Below, piece after piece: positions 1 to 12,789 of a stretch of DNA of 64,000 nt (position 1 is its first letter; each line of letters opens with the position of its first letter). The DNA is from Eledone cirrhosa (lineage: Eukaryota). Made by a program: the position numbers and the translations under genes. Under the pieces are notes generated by a model, which saw nothing but the letters and a program-made list of their open reading frames with translations, had not been told where the DNA came from and searched no databases. The stretch is taken from assembly GCA_964016885.1 (NCBI GenBank), contig OZ024755.1, forward strand, positions 30,814,001-30,878,000, read 5' to 3'.

Positions 1-141
1 CTAAAATGTTAGTACCCTTGAAACACGTATAATAAAATAATTATGGTTTTGTAAAGATATTCTCCATTTATTAATATTGTTAATATATATATACACGTGT
101 ATGTGTTTGTATATATATATATATGTGTGTGTGTGTGTTTG

Positions 142-226
<85 letters not shown>

Positions 227-545
227 CGTTTCTGAATTTGTTTAGCAAGATTCTTTATCTAAAATCGTGTGTTGAAACCGATATTGTTATACTTTGGGAG
301 GGTCATGTTGCCAATAAGAAACACACGCACCAGTTGCTTTCACTTCAATTTATTATATATTTATAAATTTACAAATTTATAAATTTCTGGTTGGTTGGTT
401 GGTTCCACAACCAGATAGTTGTTTATATATAGTCATAGTTCTTTCGTCACACACTCTGTGACCTCTTCAGTGACTGGGGATTCCTTTCTTTGTTTCTGTG
501 CCTCTCCTTTGTTCTGTCCTACGCCATTTTGTTTCTCTGTGTGTC

Positions 546-610
<65 letters not shown>

Positions 611-711
611 ATATATATATATACAGAGTGAGAGAGACATACAGACAGAAACATGTACGCATGCACTCACACATACATACACACTATATATATATATATA
701 TATATATATAT

Positions 712-985
712 GCAGAGGTTATATTTAATTTGTTGGGATTCAACAAGCTTTAAAAAAATGTTATAACTGATATAAAGCACTCAACAAGTTAGTGGAGTAA
801 ATATACAATATATTAATAAATGGAAACTATATTTATAAAACCATAATTATTTTATTATATATATTTCAAGGGCAACCAAGGTATATTATGGTGCGCTTTC
901 ACAGATAAAATACAGATTTGTTTTATAAATAAATATTGACATACCCGGAAAAAAAGACAATCTGATGAAAGCGCACCATAAGCGC
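712..985 (-). mobile_element. TA-embedded Penelope-like pLTR remnant, family F1, with a degenerate hammerhead at 850-910 (minus)
   Basis: Homologous to 32186-32592, 21921-22133, 26800-27150 and 16-85. The minus strand reads ttttat-ctg(-)tga-aag..ctt-gaaa-tatata-ta-ataaaa, one core base deleted. A truncated inverted arm starts at ~961. Confidence 0.7.
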
Positions 986-2060
986 ACCACCGGAGGGTGG
1001 TTTTTCTGATAGTTATCCTAAAAACGCTCGTCCATCGCAATATGGTTTAAACAAATGATAAATGTTCTCAATGAGACTATTATTTATTCGTTTGAAATTG
1101 CCGTTTACTTAGTCGCTACTTACAAATCTGTGACTTATGCAACACTTCCTGTGGCAGAAAAAACTTTTGCCACTTAAATGTCTGCATTTGACGAGAAACT
1201 ATATATAGCTTGGAAAGGAATCAACGGCTTTAAAAAATCTGTAAAGAAACGTATGCTGACTATGGACATCCATATAAATATCAAATCCCAGTTGTTAAAT
1301 CCTCGACATAAAATGATCTATAACAACAGTAAACAGTATTATTTAAACATTAAATGAAAGAAATGTAAGTTAATAATTGATATTCAAATATATTCGTAGG
1401 TTTATATAAACAACAATACATACAGAAAACGTATTTATCAAAATAATTACAACTAATATAACATGCATTATTAGCAAATAAATTGCTTACAAAATAAAGT
1501 ATGTGAACCAAATATATAAAACTAAAATTGATGTAGATTATAAATCACTTCTAGCCATAAATCAACACCAACATATTCAAAATGTGATTTAATTGAACGA
1601 GCTATTCATTAGTTTTAAAACCATAAACTTTAGTGTTTGAAAAGAAACTCAAAGTGATAAATGTCGGCCCCCTACTTTTGTTACTGAGTTAATCAAAGGA
1701 TTACGACAACTCCTGTAAATGTTTTTTGAAGCCTCTTTGACTGGTGTAAGAAAAGGATGAAGTTAATCTCAGACCGGAGGCCTGGCCTGGATGCTTACAG
1801 AAAGGGGATTACATTAAATACATCCAAGAATCAGATGTATACAACTCTGGATCAGCAACAGTCCCTCTGACAGGTTGACACACGTTTCCATCTACTAAAT
1901 TTCCCTTCCAATGCTTTGGTTAACTGAGACAATTGTGGAAGATACTTTACCAAATTGCTGTGAATTGGGAGCCAACCCCAAACCACATAGTTGCAAATTC
2001 AATTGCAAAATATACATAACCTGTCAACTTCATGTATTTAATTATCATATTGTATATATG

Positions 2061-2240
2061 TGCTTCGTAGCATAGAGTTACGGCCCTTTACATTCTGGGT
2101 TAAAATCCAGCCGAGGTTAGTTTTGCTTTAAAACCTTACGGGGTCGATAAAATGAAGTACCAGTAATGCACTGGGGTCGATTTAATCGACTTTCCCCTCC
2201 CCTAAAATTGTTGGCCTTGTTCCCAAATCAGAAATCATTA
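2061..2240 (+). mobile_element. tRNA-derived SINE family A (5'-truncated, long subtype)
   Basis: Shares the ggggtcgataaaat.aagtaccag core and ggccttgt..c.aaa.cagaaa 3' end with ~18 other copies. Confidence 0.85.
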
Positions 2241-2242
2241 TA

Positions 2243-2428
2243 GGTGGATTGGCAGTATCGGTAGAGGGTCGGACGCCATGCTTTCCGGCATAGTTACGTC
2301 CCTTTACGGTCTGAGTTCAAATCTCGTCGAGGTTGACTTTGCCTTTCATCCTTACGGGGTCGATAAAATAAAGTACCAGTAATACACTGGGTAATTGCTG
2401 GCCTTGTGCCTAAAGTAGAAACAATGAT
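2243..2428 (+). mobile_element. tRNA-derived SINE family A (short subtype)
   Basis: A-box-like tggcagtatcgg, B-box-like gagttcaaatc, conserved gcctttcatccttacggggtcgataaaataaagtaccag. Confidence 0.9.
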
Positions 2429-2435
2429 ATTGTAT

Positions 2436-3470
2436 ACTAGCTGAGGTACCCAGCGTTGCTAGGGTTTAAGTAATACAGTTGTTTGTGCAGAAATAACACT
2501 TGATGAAGCTGTCGGTTGAATTAAGTCTTATAGGAAAACACGGTCATCGTCGGGTATGTCCATACCACGGCCAACTGGTTAATGCGACCCGCAGAGGCCT
2601 TCTATCCGTCCTGTAAGATGTTCCATTCTGTTAAATATACGCATGTTAGCAGCAAAGATGACACAGTCTAGGGTTGGTAGGTAATAGTTAAACATCCTTA
2701 CGGCCCGCGCGTCAACTGTGGCCCTTTTGAAGATTTCTATTCGATTCGTAAAGGGTTCCGCCCGGTGTACATTTTTGGAAAATACCCCCGCATGACCCAA
2801 CCAGAGCCCATAAATCACATTTGTCTGAATAAAACTCGACCCGTGGAGGGCAAATTCAATTGTTATCCATCCATTGTTGTACAGCCCTCTGTCCCGCTGG
2901 AGAAGATCATCCACTGCACATAAGTGGTATATCTATGATGTTTGAAAAAAGCATTTGCGACATTCGATATTTGCGGTGTTTTCGCTTTATTAAGGTGCCC
3001 TGGGGAAACTTTTGACACCTTATTGATACATAAATAATGCACTTGTACAGTTTAAAGCAAATTGGTTGCTCATATCAGAAGAAACAAACCAAATGGAAAA
3101 TAGGTTTGTGCGGCCTTTTGCCTTCCGCGAGTTGTCTGGGATAATTATCTTAGCCTAAAGCCATCCTTAGCACATACTTTATCTGTGTTTCAATTATGAA
3201 GGAAATCGGTTGAGAACTTTAAAAGTTATGGCAGAAAATAACATTCAAATGAGCATTTGCATGCAAATGTCGTATTGATTTATAAAAAAATTGATGCAGA
3301 CTGGAAATCATCGATTTTTTTTAACTTCAAAGTACGTAAGAAATCAAATGGGCATGAGAGTCACACGCGTGTCAAGTTTCAAGATCGGTTTGATAGCTTT
3401 TGAGTTATAGGTTCACAAACAAATCCACAAACAAACAAACAAACATAAATTGCCATTTATGTATAGAGAT
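2436..3470 (+). mobile_element. Non-autonomous Helitron/Helentron-like element (Lep1/HINE-like ends) with GC-richer internal segment
   Basis: 5' actagctgaggtacccagcgttgctaggg; 3' aagtttcaagatcgg...tttgagttata...(caaa)n...tttatgtatagagat. This end architecture is known from non-autonomous Helitron/Helentron families. Confidence 0.6.
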
Positions 3471-3475
3471 AGGAA

Positions 3476-3702
3476 GGGCGGTGGATTGCCAGTATCGGTA
3501 GAGGATCGGATGCCATCCTTTGCAGCATAGAGTTACGGTCCTTTACGGTCTGAGTTCAAATCCCGCCGAGGTTAACTTTGCCTTTCATCCTTACGGGGTC
3601 GATAAAATTAAGTACCAGTAATGCACTGGGGTCGATTTAATCGACTTCCCCCCGCCCCCCAAATAATAATTTCTGGCCTTGTGCCTAAATAAGAAACCAT
3701 TA
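3476..3702 (+). mobile_element. SINE family A, full length, long subtype
   Basis: gggcggtggattg... head through ...gtcgatttaatcgac hairpin and ggccttgtgcctaaataagaaaccat tail. Confidence 0.9.
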
Positions 3703-4924
3703 TATTGTATATAGGAATATCCCAACACAGCACTATTGCAACATGTATCAAAATAACATACGGCGCATGTTAGAACCTTTCTGAAAGTCAATTAATCCAT
3801 TAAAAAAAAAGCAATACTAATTATCTAAATATCATCCGAAATTCAATATGCAACTAACTCAACCTGACAAAGGTCACATAATTTATAAATCTGGATTCAA
3901 CAGGCGACAGGCATGAGATACAAATCAACACTTTCCTGTTTCTCTCTCTTATAAAAGAAAATGACGATACCAACCAGACGGCCAACCAGACACTTTAACA
4001 AAACATCGTCCATTTTGAAGGACATGAAGGCATATAATTGTCAATGATATATGGACTTCTGAAACTGATAATTCTAAGTAAAAGAAAACAAAACCATTAT
4101 TAAGATTTCTAAAAATAAATGATAATAAATTTAAAGGAAACCAGAACATAGTCGTATATTTTTAATCGGATGAGCTTGAAAGGAAAGCTGTTACCAACAC
4201 ACACTTTGTGTCATAAACCTTCTTAGAAAACCAATTTAAATTATCTAAATGATTTAATGTTATTTAATACTCTAAATACTTAGTCTCGAAGATTTGAGTT
4301 TCCCTGGAAACAGCACGGTTTTAATTAGGGATAGATGGTGGTGGAGATGTGAATAAATAGGAACTGGAAAGTAATATTTTGTTGGAAACTCGAGATAATA
4401 TTACGAAGCATCAATATTATGAGTCAGATTCGTACTAGATTGCAATCGTTTGTGTTTTTGTTAAGTCCAAACAACACGATGATCATGACAATTGGACATT
4501 TTGCCTGGTACTGGAATTACTGTGTAACGAGAGTTACACGAGATCGAGGTGAATTCTCTGTAGAAGCTTGCCAGCAATCTGGTTTCGAAATCCAAGTATT
4601 TTAATTTCATTTTGCTTACGTCGATAATGTTTTTTGAGAAAAGCCAACACATTCATTATAAATTCGCGATATAGTTTTCTATAGCAAGTGTTTGTTCTCA
4701 ACTCGGTAGCAATGTTTTAACTCCAGTGGTATGTAAATGGCTTCCACTTTAGGGATAGGGACAGACGTGAAATAGCAAGCCTGATTTTAATCCCCCGTTT
4801 CTGTATTTAAGCAAGCAATACTATTTTTATAAACTAAATCATTGTACCACTTTTGTATTACATTCATATTAATTATAATTAGCGACTATAAATTGTTTCA
4901 ATAATTATTGAAACAATTTATAGT

Positions 4925-5140
4925 CGCTTCGGCCAAAAACCGGGGTACTGCGGCCCGCAATGCAGAGGAAAGGAAGACAAACAAATACCGGGGATTGTCC
5001 AGCCGCTTCGCCTTCTCACCGGTCGCCGTCGAAACCTCAGTCATACCTGGACCCCGTACTGTCGAGCTTCTCGGCAAGATCGGAACGTCAGCAGCCCGTC
5101 AGAGGAAGGAGCCCATCGAGGTGAGGTGGCTAATGTCCAC
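4925..5140 (+). mobile_element. Non-LTR retrotransposon C-terminal restriction-like endonuclease fragment (CRE/NeSL-like)
   Basis: AARNAEERKTNKY..L...FAFSPVAVETS...GPR...LL.KIG resembles the RLE C-terminus; GC-rich island. Confidence 0.7.
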
Positions 5141-5702
5141 GGGGCGCAGTCCCAACACTGCCACGCCCTAACCCTAGAGCCCATCACTATCCCCCCTTCC
5201 CCCTCCCCATTCTTCTGTGACCCCTAGATCGCTCACGTTTCTCTTCCTTTTCCATTTTCATAACCATAAAAGACACTTGAATTTTTTACATTTATGAGTT
5301 TATGTTAAATTAACCATTACAGATTAGTGACCGTCGTTTTCTGTTAAACTAGTATTTTCTGTTGAGTCAGGAGTTATCATCAAATCCATTACAAACTAAT
5401 TATTAGATTTGTTAATTAAGGAGCACTCTCACTGCCACCATATTCGGCAGTAATTAAACAATGGCATCAATTTCTAGTGGGAAGTAGTCAAGGTCATTTA
5501 AGATATAAATGTGGTGGTCATGGACAGGGACGGTGGAAGTGAGAGGGTACCAGGGCGCCCCCTCCCAATAATTATATTTTTCTCCCCAAACTACCAAAAC
5601 ACAAATCTATTTGTATATGCGCTATTTATGTACATGTTATGTTTATCGCATATCAAAGATTTTTTTTATATCTTGGTTGATATTTGATAACAGTGTAATA
5701 TA

Positions 5703-5780
5703 CAGGGTGTCCAGAAAGTCAGTAGACAATTTTATATATATATTTATATAAAATTGTCTACTGACTTTTGGGACACCCTT
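5703..5780. mobile_element. Tc1/mariner-type MITE (~78 bp hairpin)
   Basis: ta-cagggtgtccagaaagtcagtagacaatttta ... taaaattgtctactgacttttgggacaccct(t)-ta; ~34-bp TIRs with TA flanks. Confidence 0.8.
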
Positions 5781-6160
5781 TATTATGTGAACCTTCATAG
5801 TAAATTTGTTTGTCATGACATAACTTTTCTCCACATATCACTATTTGCCAATTGCTAGTGTGTGTATTCAGAGACAGACTTCGTAGGTCATTTTGCTATA
5901 ATCCCTTTATAATTATTGAAAACTGTAAATGTAATATGACCTGCTTGGACTGAAATTGCATTTTCTGACCATTTCAGAGTGCAAAGAGATAAACTAATTA
6001 CTACAACTAAATTGACCAAATTTCACCCCCACCCAATTCTGAAATGCTTCCACCACCCCTGAATGTTCTGTGAATATTGAATCTTTGTAAATAGTGTTCA
6101 TCATTGTTCATTCTAGTATTTATCAATTTCTTTTTTTACACTATACTTTTTGCTATATAG

Positions 6161-6293
6161 GTCGCTATACAATTCCAGCATTTTCTGCATATTCCATGTC
6201 AAAAGTAGCTTGCATTGCATTTTCTGATGGACTCAGGCAAGAGATGAGCAAATTTGGAATCAAAGTCATAACTGTTGAACCAGGGCTCTACAA
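6161..6293 (+). CDS. Internal exon of a short-chain dehydrogenase/reductase (SDR9C-like: retinol dehydrogenase / D-beta-hydroxybutyrate dehydrogenase / 17-beta-HSD6 type), catalytic YxxxK exon
   Basis: A pyrimidine tract and tag|G acceptor end at 6160, and an AA|gtaaat donor starts at 6294. The translation (G)RYTIPAFSAYSMSKVACIAFSDGLRQEMSKFGIKVITVEPGLY(K) has the SDR YxxxK motif (YSMSK) and the typical F.D.LR.E...FGIKV..VEPG segment. No upstream exons were recognised in the window. Confidence 0.9.
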
Positions 6294-8471
6294 GTAAATA
6301 TGCACATATTTCATTTAGTCTGCTTCTCTCTCTTTCCCTCCCTCTCTCTTTCCCTCTCTCTCTCTTTCTCACACTCACTCACACACACACTTTTCCTTCT
6401 CTCTAATATATCTTCTTCACACATGTAGTAATGATACTTCTATACCAATACTATGCCTTTCTGCCCTACTTGGTTTACTACAGGAGTAACTAGTTCGTGC
6501 CCTATTCTGATGCTTAATTTAATCACCTTAGCAATAATACCTTCCCTATCTTCATTTCTTTAATATCCTTATCTACCATACTGCTGTCCCCTTTGAGGAC
6601 TGGTCTCACAGTTGAGTCTATTTGGGAGTAGATCTTCACTTCCCCAACCTTTTACAGTAACCTGTCCATTCAACAACTTTTTACAGTAACCCGTCCATGC
6701 TTCCTTCTTTTCAGCACCAGTAAGAATGAGCTACTGTCGTTTCGTACACATCCTGGTTCTCCCTTGACATCCTGGTTCTCCATGGTACACTTTCTTGCAA
6801 TTTGGAACACGTCACTCATCTGACCCTTATGCTTTAAAACATTGGCAAACCTTTTACTTTCTACCTATGCTCTTGCTGATGCCATGTGTCTCTCTTCTTC
6901 TCCTCTAGTATTATTCCCTGCTACCCTCATCCTTCAGAATTCCAAACCTTGTCTCTTAGCTGTTATGGCTCTATCTGTAGCACTGTTCCACTAACTGTTA
7001 GCCTTCCCCATACACAGATCTCGTATGTGGCCTTCAGTAAGTTGACTTACATAAGTTCTCAGTTGCCTTCTATGTTACACGTTTTTACGTCTCCCTCCTT
7101 GTCAAATGCTTCCTCTAATATGTCTCTAAACCTCTTGCTGTTTGAAGGCTCTTTAAGTTTCCATATTTTTCTTCTCCAGACTGTCGTAGGTTTCTGTGTG
7201 CACCTAGTTTGTACTTTTAAAGTCATTAGTCATTAACATATGTTGGGAGGTACATTCTTTCCCAGGGAAACTGCCTATCATGTTTTCTAGAATGAATAAA
7301 GTCAATCTGGCTTATGTGTTTGTCTGATTGGTAAGTCATAAAATGGCTGGCTCGTTTCAGAAGGTTGTGTTACAGATTCTCAAGTAATTTGTATAGTAAA
7401 ACTCTAGGAACCTTGATTCTTCTTCATTTCTCACCCCAAGTCCATACCCTCCGTCCATACCAAGGAATTGATCTTGGTGTCATCCAACATGGCTATTAAA
7501 GTCACCAAACAATATAATGATATTAGTGTCACTCATCATTAAAGTAGCTCTTTAGTTCATCTGCAAAACCAGCTTGTGGTGCATATACAGCAGAAACCAT
7601 AGCAAATGTATTATCCCGGACTAGAGGAGATGGGCTCCACCAGTTTTTTAAAACAAAATGCCCAAGAAATACTGTATATCATTACAGCTCACTTACAACT
7701 CTATCAGGCGTTATGGGTCCATACATACGTTCAAGCAAAGCTTAATTATCCCATAACAAACTCTGACTACCTTGATTACTTTACCTACTCATGTCTCAAT
7801 CAGTAGTCTGCCTACACAACGTATGCTACCATTTGTATCTACCCAGAACTTGTACCTCTGTTCTATACCCACAAAGGATCTAGCTGAAGAACTTTTCCAT
7901 TTTACTTCTTGCACACAGCACATATCCACACATCTTCATTTAGATGTCTCTAGAATTTCTCCAAATTAGCCCTGCATTGTACCAACATTGATTGTTGCAG
8001 CTGTGAAATTTAGGACCTGAAGCGGAGAAGAGGGCTGGGCTGTACTTGTAAGGGTTTCTGAAGTTACATGGTTGCAAGTAGTGTAGCTTCTTGCTCATGG
8101 TCAGACGTTTTCATGTAAGAATGGCTGCTAACACCAAATCTTTTATAATCTATTTCAACAGAAAATAAATAAAGAGTGGGGAGTGCACTACATTTGGGAG
8201 TGTAAATAAAGGGATCAAGAACTAGTCATGGGAGACAATCAAGAAATAAACAAGATTCATCTTCAAGAGTGGAGGAGGGAGGGTAGGGTAGGAGGTAACA
8301 GGTGATGTTGCCAGACATCTCTAAGCTAATACTATACCTAAGCTAAAACTCTAAGCTAATACTATACCTATTTCTGTTTACTAACTCCCTATAACAAAAG
8401 AAAAAACATATTTAAGACTTAAATGTTCTGTTGTCCTATCTCAGCTTAACATCCACTACATATATATATAA

Positions 8472-8640
8472 TCATCATCATCATCATCATCATCATTTAA
8501 TGTCCATCTTCCATGCTAGCATAGGTTAAACGGTGTTGTTCCATTCGATGCGGGAATGGTCGGGAGACCGTGTCTCGCTCGCACGGAAGCTGGATGCCCT
8601 TCCTAACACCAACCACCTTTACAGTGTGGACTGGGTGCCT
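8472..8640 (-). mobile_element. SINE 3' part with RTE-like (gat)n tail
   Basis: Minus strand ggttggtgttaggaagggcatccagc...gcatggaagatggacattaaatgatgatg; similar to 16664-16832 and to the SINE-B tail. Confidence 0.7.
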
Positions 8641-8884
8641 TTACACCGTGTTTCACCACATTTACAGTGTGGACTGTTGTGTCGTCGACACAGTGGATGG
8701 AACAGGAGAGGGAGGATGGGGTATGGTGTGGGGCTGGGGTGTACATTGGGTTAAGAGGTACCTACTGACTGTAGGTTTGTATGCAATGGCAGTCGGGTCT
8801 TTTGTACAAGTACATGGCGCCAAAGGTCTCAATCCAGTGTCATTGTCTTAGAGAGGTGTAGGTGGACAAGGTCAGCTTTTATCA

Positions 8885-8955
8885 CCTCGTCCCAGGTTTT
8901 TCTTGGTCTACCCACTCCGCAGCTTCCATCAATTTTCATTGCCCTGCACCTTTTC
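8885..8955 (-). mobile_element. RTE LINE 3' fragment
   Basis: Minus strand encodes ...GSCGVGRPRKTWDEVI. Confidence 0.6.
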
Positions 8956-9024
8956 ATAATATATATATATATGCTATGTACATCTTATGTATATATGCAT
9001 GTGTATATATATATATATATATAA

Positions 9025-9352
9025 CATGGCTTAGTGGTTAGAGCATTGGCCTTGAAATCGAAAGGTTGTGAGTTCAATTCTCAGACCGGGTGATGTGTTG
9101 TTTCCTTGAGCAAGACACTTTATTTCACATTGCTCCAGTTTACTCAGCTGTAGAAATGAGATGATAGGGACTGGGGTCCATATCATTCCACTGCAAAGTG
9201 GTCGTGGAGGTGCCACGGCAAAAAATCACCCAGCACTCACTGTAAATGAGGTTGGTGTTAGGAAGGGCATCCAGCTGTAGAAATCAAGCCACCATCAGTT
9301 CCCGTCCCACCCCTGCAAGCAGGGAAAAGTAGACGTAAAATGAAATGATGAT
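9025..9352 (+). mobile_element. tRNA-derived CORE-type SINE (family B) with RTE-derived 3' tail
   Basis: A box tggcttagtgg, B box gagttcaattc, CORE-like ccttgagcaagacacttt...ctgtagaaatg. The tail gtcccacccctgcaagcagggaaaagtagacgtaaaatga matches the RTE end at 13192-13240. Confidence 0.85.
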
Positions 9353-9360
9353 ATATATAA

Positions 9361-9543
9361 CAAAGAAAGTGTGGTAAGATACCAGGTGAACCATAACGCA
9401 CCAGAGTACTCAATACTTAGGGTAGTAGAGTGGGTAATAGGAAAAGAGTCAGGACCCCAACAGCTGAGCTCCACCTGTTTTGACAGCTGTTCGGATCTAA
9501 TGTCAAAATGGCCGGAGCTCAGCCATCATGATCCTCACTCTTT

Positions 9544-9546
<3 letters not shown>
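9361..9546 (-). mobile_element. TA-embedded fold-back module, family FA (diverged copy), intronic
   Basis: Reverse complement of the FA tail (9361-9439) followed by an imperfect palindrome 9440-9546. Confidence 0.75.
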
Positions 9547-9548
<2 letters not shown>

Positions 9549-9591
<43 letters not shown>

Positions 9592-9692
9592 TTATATCTG
9601 CTATATACATCTTATATATTTATATGTGTGTGTGTATATAAATATATATATATATATACTTATATCTGCTATGTACATCTTATATATTTATA

Positions 9693-9764
<72 letters not shown>

Positions 9765-9798
9765 CTTATATCTGCTATGTACATCTTATATATTTATA

Positions 9799-9834
<36 letters not shown>

Positions 9835-9926
9835 CTTATATCTGCTATATATATCTTATATATTTATATGTGTGTGTGTATATATATATATACTTATATC
9901 TGCTATGTACATCTTATATATTTATA

Positions 9927-9958
<32 letters not shown>

Positions 9959-9992
9959 CTTATATCTGCTATGTACATCTTATATATTTATA

Positions 9993-10047
<55 letters not shown>

Positions 10048-10080
10048 TTATATCTGCTATATACATCTTATATATTTATA

Positions 10081-10116
<36 letters not shown>

Positions 10117-10150
10117 CTTATATCTGCTATATACATCTTATATATTTATA

Positions 10151-10209
<59 letters not shown>

Positions 10210-10303
10210 TTATATCTGCTATATCATCTTATATATTTATATGTGTGTGTGTATATATATATATATATACTTATATCTGCTATATACATCTTATATATTT
10301 ATA

Positions 10304-10344
<41 letters not shown>

Positions 10345-10439
10345 TTGTATCTGGTATATACATCTTATATATTTATATGTGTGTGTGTATATATATATAT
10401 ATATACTTATATCTGCTATATACATCTTATATATTTATA

Positions 10440-10494
<55 letters not shown>

Positions 10495-10527
10495 TTGTAT
10501 CTGCTATGTACATCTTATATATTTATA

Positions 10528-10559
<32 letters not shown>

Positions 10560-10657
10560 CTTATATCTGCTATATATATATCTTATATATTTATATGTGT
10601 GTGTATATATATATATATATATACTTATATCTGCTATATACATCTTATATATTTATA

Positions 10658-10719
<62 letters not shown>

Positions 10720-10849
10720 TATAAATAAATACTTATATCTGCTATGTACATCTTATATATTTATATGTGTGTATGTGTATATATATATATATATATATAC
10801 TTATATCTGCTATGTACATCTTATATATTTATATGTGTGTATGTATATG

Positions 10850-10914
<65 letters not shown>
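9549..10914. repeat. Compound tandem repeat: about 17 copies of a ~45-bp block (cttatatctgctat(a/g)tacatcttatatatttatat(gt)n) separated by variable (TA)n, intronic
   Basis: The block recurs at ~9591, 9659, 9765, 9835 ... 10732, 10800 and ends ~20 bp before the SDR terminal-exon acceptor. Confidence 0.9.
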
Positions 10915-10917
<3 letters not shown>

Positions 10918-10932
10918 ATTTTATTCTTGTAG

Positions 10933-11263
10933 AACACCAATTTCAACCAACGTAACAAGTGACAGCCAACAGCGATGGGCCAGCACACCAACAGACATCA
11001 AAGAGGTTTACGGGGAGGAATATTTCAAGGAATTCATGTCAGTCATAAATACACACATGAAGCGAGCCCGTGAAAATGTTGAGGAGGTTGTAGACCTGAT
11101 GGTACATGCTGTCACCTCTTCTGCACCAAAAGTTCGTTATGTACCCTATTGGGTTACCAACGTCCGATCCACCATCCTCATGTACCTGCCTAGTATTCTC
11201 CGGGACAAGTTATTCAGATCATACTCTGTGCAAGTAGAACCAAAGTGCATGCACAAAGAATAA
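10933..11263 (+). CDS. Terminal coding exon of the same SDR gene
   Basis: Acceptor ttattcttgtag at 10921-10932. Phase matches the previous exon (AA|A = Lys), giving EPGLYKTPISTN...[18 protein letters not shown]...[20 protein letters not shown]..., typical of SDR9C C-termini. Stop TAA at 11261-11263. Confidence 0.88.
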
Positions 11264-11264
11264 A
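11259..11264 (+). promoter_or_regulatory. Candidate polyadenylation signal AATAAA overlapping the SDR stop codon
   Basis: gAA TAA A gives AATAAA across the last codon and stop; use is unproven. Confidence 0.25.
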
Positions 11265-11390
11265 CAATAGCCATGACTGTTATCACCAACCGAGCCCTTA
11301 ATTGTAGATCACCAACTGAAACAATACTGACAACTACAACAACATCATCATCATCAAACATCCCCAATGCCATCTCATGTGGTTTCTTAA

Positions 11391-11788
11391 CCTTTTAGCA
11401 TTTACATTGCTCTATATATACTATTATATTTTCACATAATATCATGGGCGGTGGATTGGCAGTATCAGTAGAGGGTCGGACGCCATGCTTTCCAGCATAG
11501 TTACGTCCCTTTACGATCTGAGTTCAAATCCCGCCGAGGTTGACTTTGCCTTTCATCCTTACGGGGTCGATAAAATAAAGTACCAGTAATACACTGGATA
11601 ATTGCTGGCCTTGTGCCAAAAAGTAGAAACAATTATATTTTCACATAATATCAAATCTATGAGATTTTGATATCATTTATTTTAAGAACAATACCTTAAC
11701 ATTAGTATGAACAGTAGGTTAAAGCCGGTTTGGACAGAAAGAGGTGAGAGAATTCTGGCCAGATATGGCCGGTTTAAATGCTAAAGGG
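11391..11788. mobile_element. piggyBac-type MITE with a nested SINE, downstream of the SDR stop
   Basis: TTAA at 11387-11390 and 11789-11792; TIRs ccttttagcattta / taaatgctaaaggg. Confidence 0.8.
11446..11631 (+). mobile_element. SINE family A, full length, with 22-bp TSD
   Basis: TSD attatattttcacataatatca at 11423-11444 and 11632-11653. Confidence 0.92.
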
Positions 11789-11980
11789 TTAAATCAACTT
11801 TAGTGTCCACAACGTGAGAAGCAATTATGATGTCACCGCCAACAACTACACTAATATCAGAAACTCTATTAACCCCCCAAAAATTTACCTGTTCCATCAA
11901 TAAATCTAAAGTGAATAAAAATTAGTTTAGGGACCACAACAATAACATGAACAATAAATGAACAAATACATAAAGTGTAT

Positions 11981-12290
11981 TTACACCATGTATGGATACA
12001 CCATGTAGTAACTCCATGTATATATACACCATGTATAGATACTCCATGAATACTTACAACATGTAGTAACACCATGTACAATTACACCATGAATAGATAC
12101 ACCATGTAGTAACACCATGTAGTTACACCATGTATGGATACACCATGTAGTAACTCCATGTATATATACACCATGTAGTAACACCATGTAGTTACACCAT
12201 GTATAGATACTCCATGAATACTTACAACATGTAGTAACACCATGTACAATTACACCATGTAGTTACACCATGTAGTTAAACCATGTTTAG
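11981..12290. repeat. Minisatellite with acaccatgta core (13-17 bp variant units)
   Basis: Repeated (t)acaccatgta(g/t) units with higher-order recurrences. Confidence 0.85.
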
Positions 12291-12789
12291 ATGCACAGTT
12301 GCACCTTGACCAAAGCCACTTGAAACATACACCATGAACAAACTCAGCCACAAAAATGATCATTATCACCTACCTCTCCATCACCATCATCATCATCACC
12401 ATCATCATGACTTCATCACCATCATCAACATCATCACCATCATCACCATCATCATCATCATGACTTCATCATCATCACCATCACCATCATCATCATCATC
12501 ATCATCAAATATGTGAGGATCATTTGTATCAGGAGGAAACACTGCTCGTCAAAAGCAAATCTTACTTCCATCAGTAACAAAAGCATACTGGACCACTTTA
12601 CCATCAACATAACCATCTGTGTCACAATCATTGTTACTATGATCAACAACATAGTCATATAGTTATTATTGTCATCCTTTAGGTTCAATATGGACGAAGG
12701 ATTGTACCATCACCTTAACAACACATTAACTACCAAATTGCATCATAAAACAACACAGTTATTACAAGTATTCATATATATATATATAT

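Noticed and set aside
1-6160. Upstream exons of the SDR gene
   Set aside because: No TGxxxGxG or NNAG-encoding segment was recognised by eye; they probably lie outside the window
9025-9095. tRNA gene (also other SINE heads)
   Set aside because: A/B boxes continue into SINE bodies and there is no complete cloverleaf
9371-10932. N-terminal ~520 aa of the 630-aa ORF
   Set aside because: Translation of an FA module and TA/TG repeats, which lack stops; only the part after the acceptor at 10932 is protein-like
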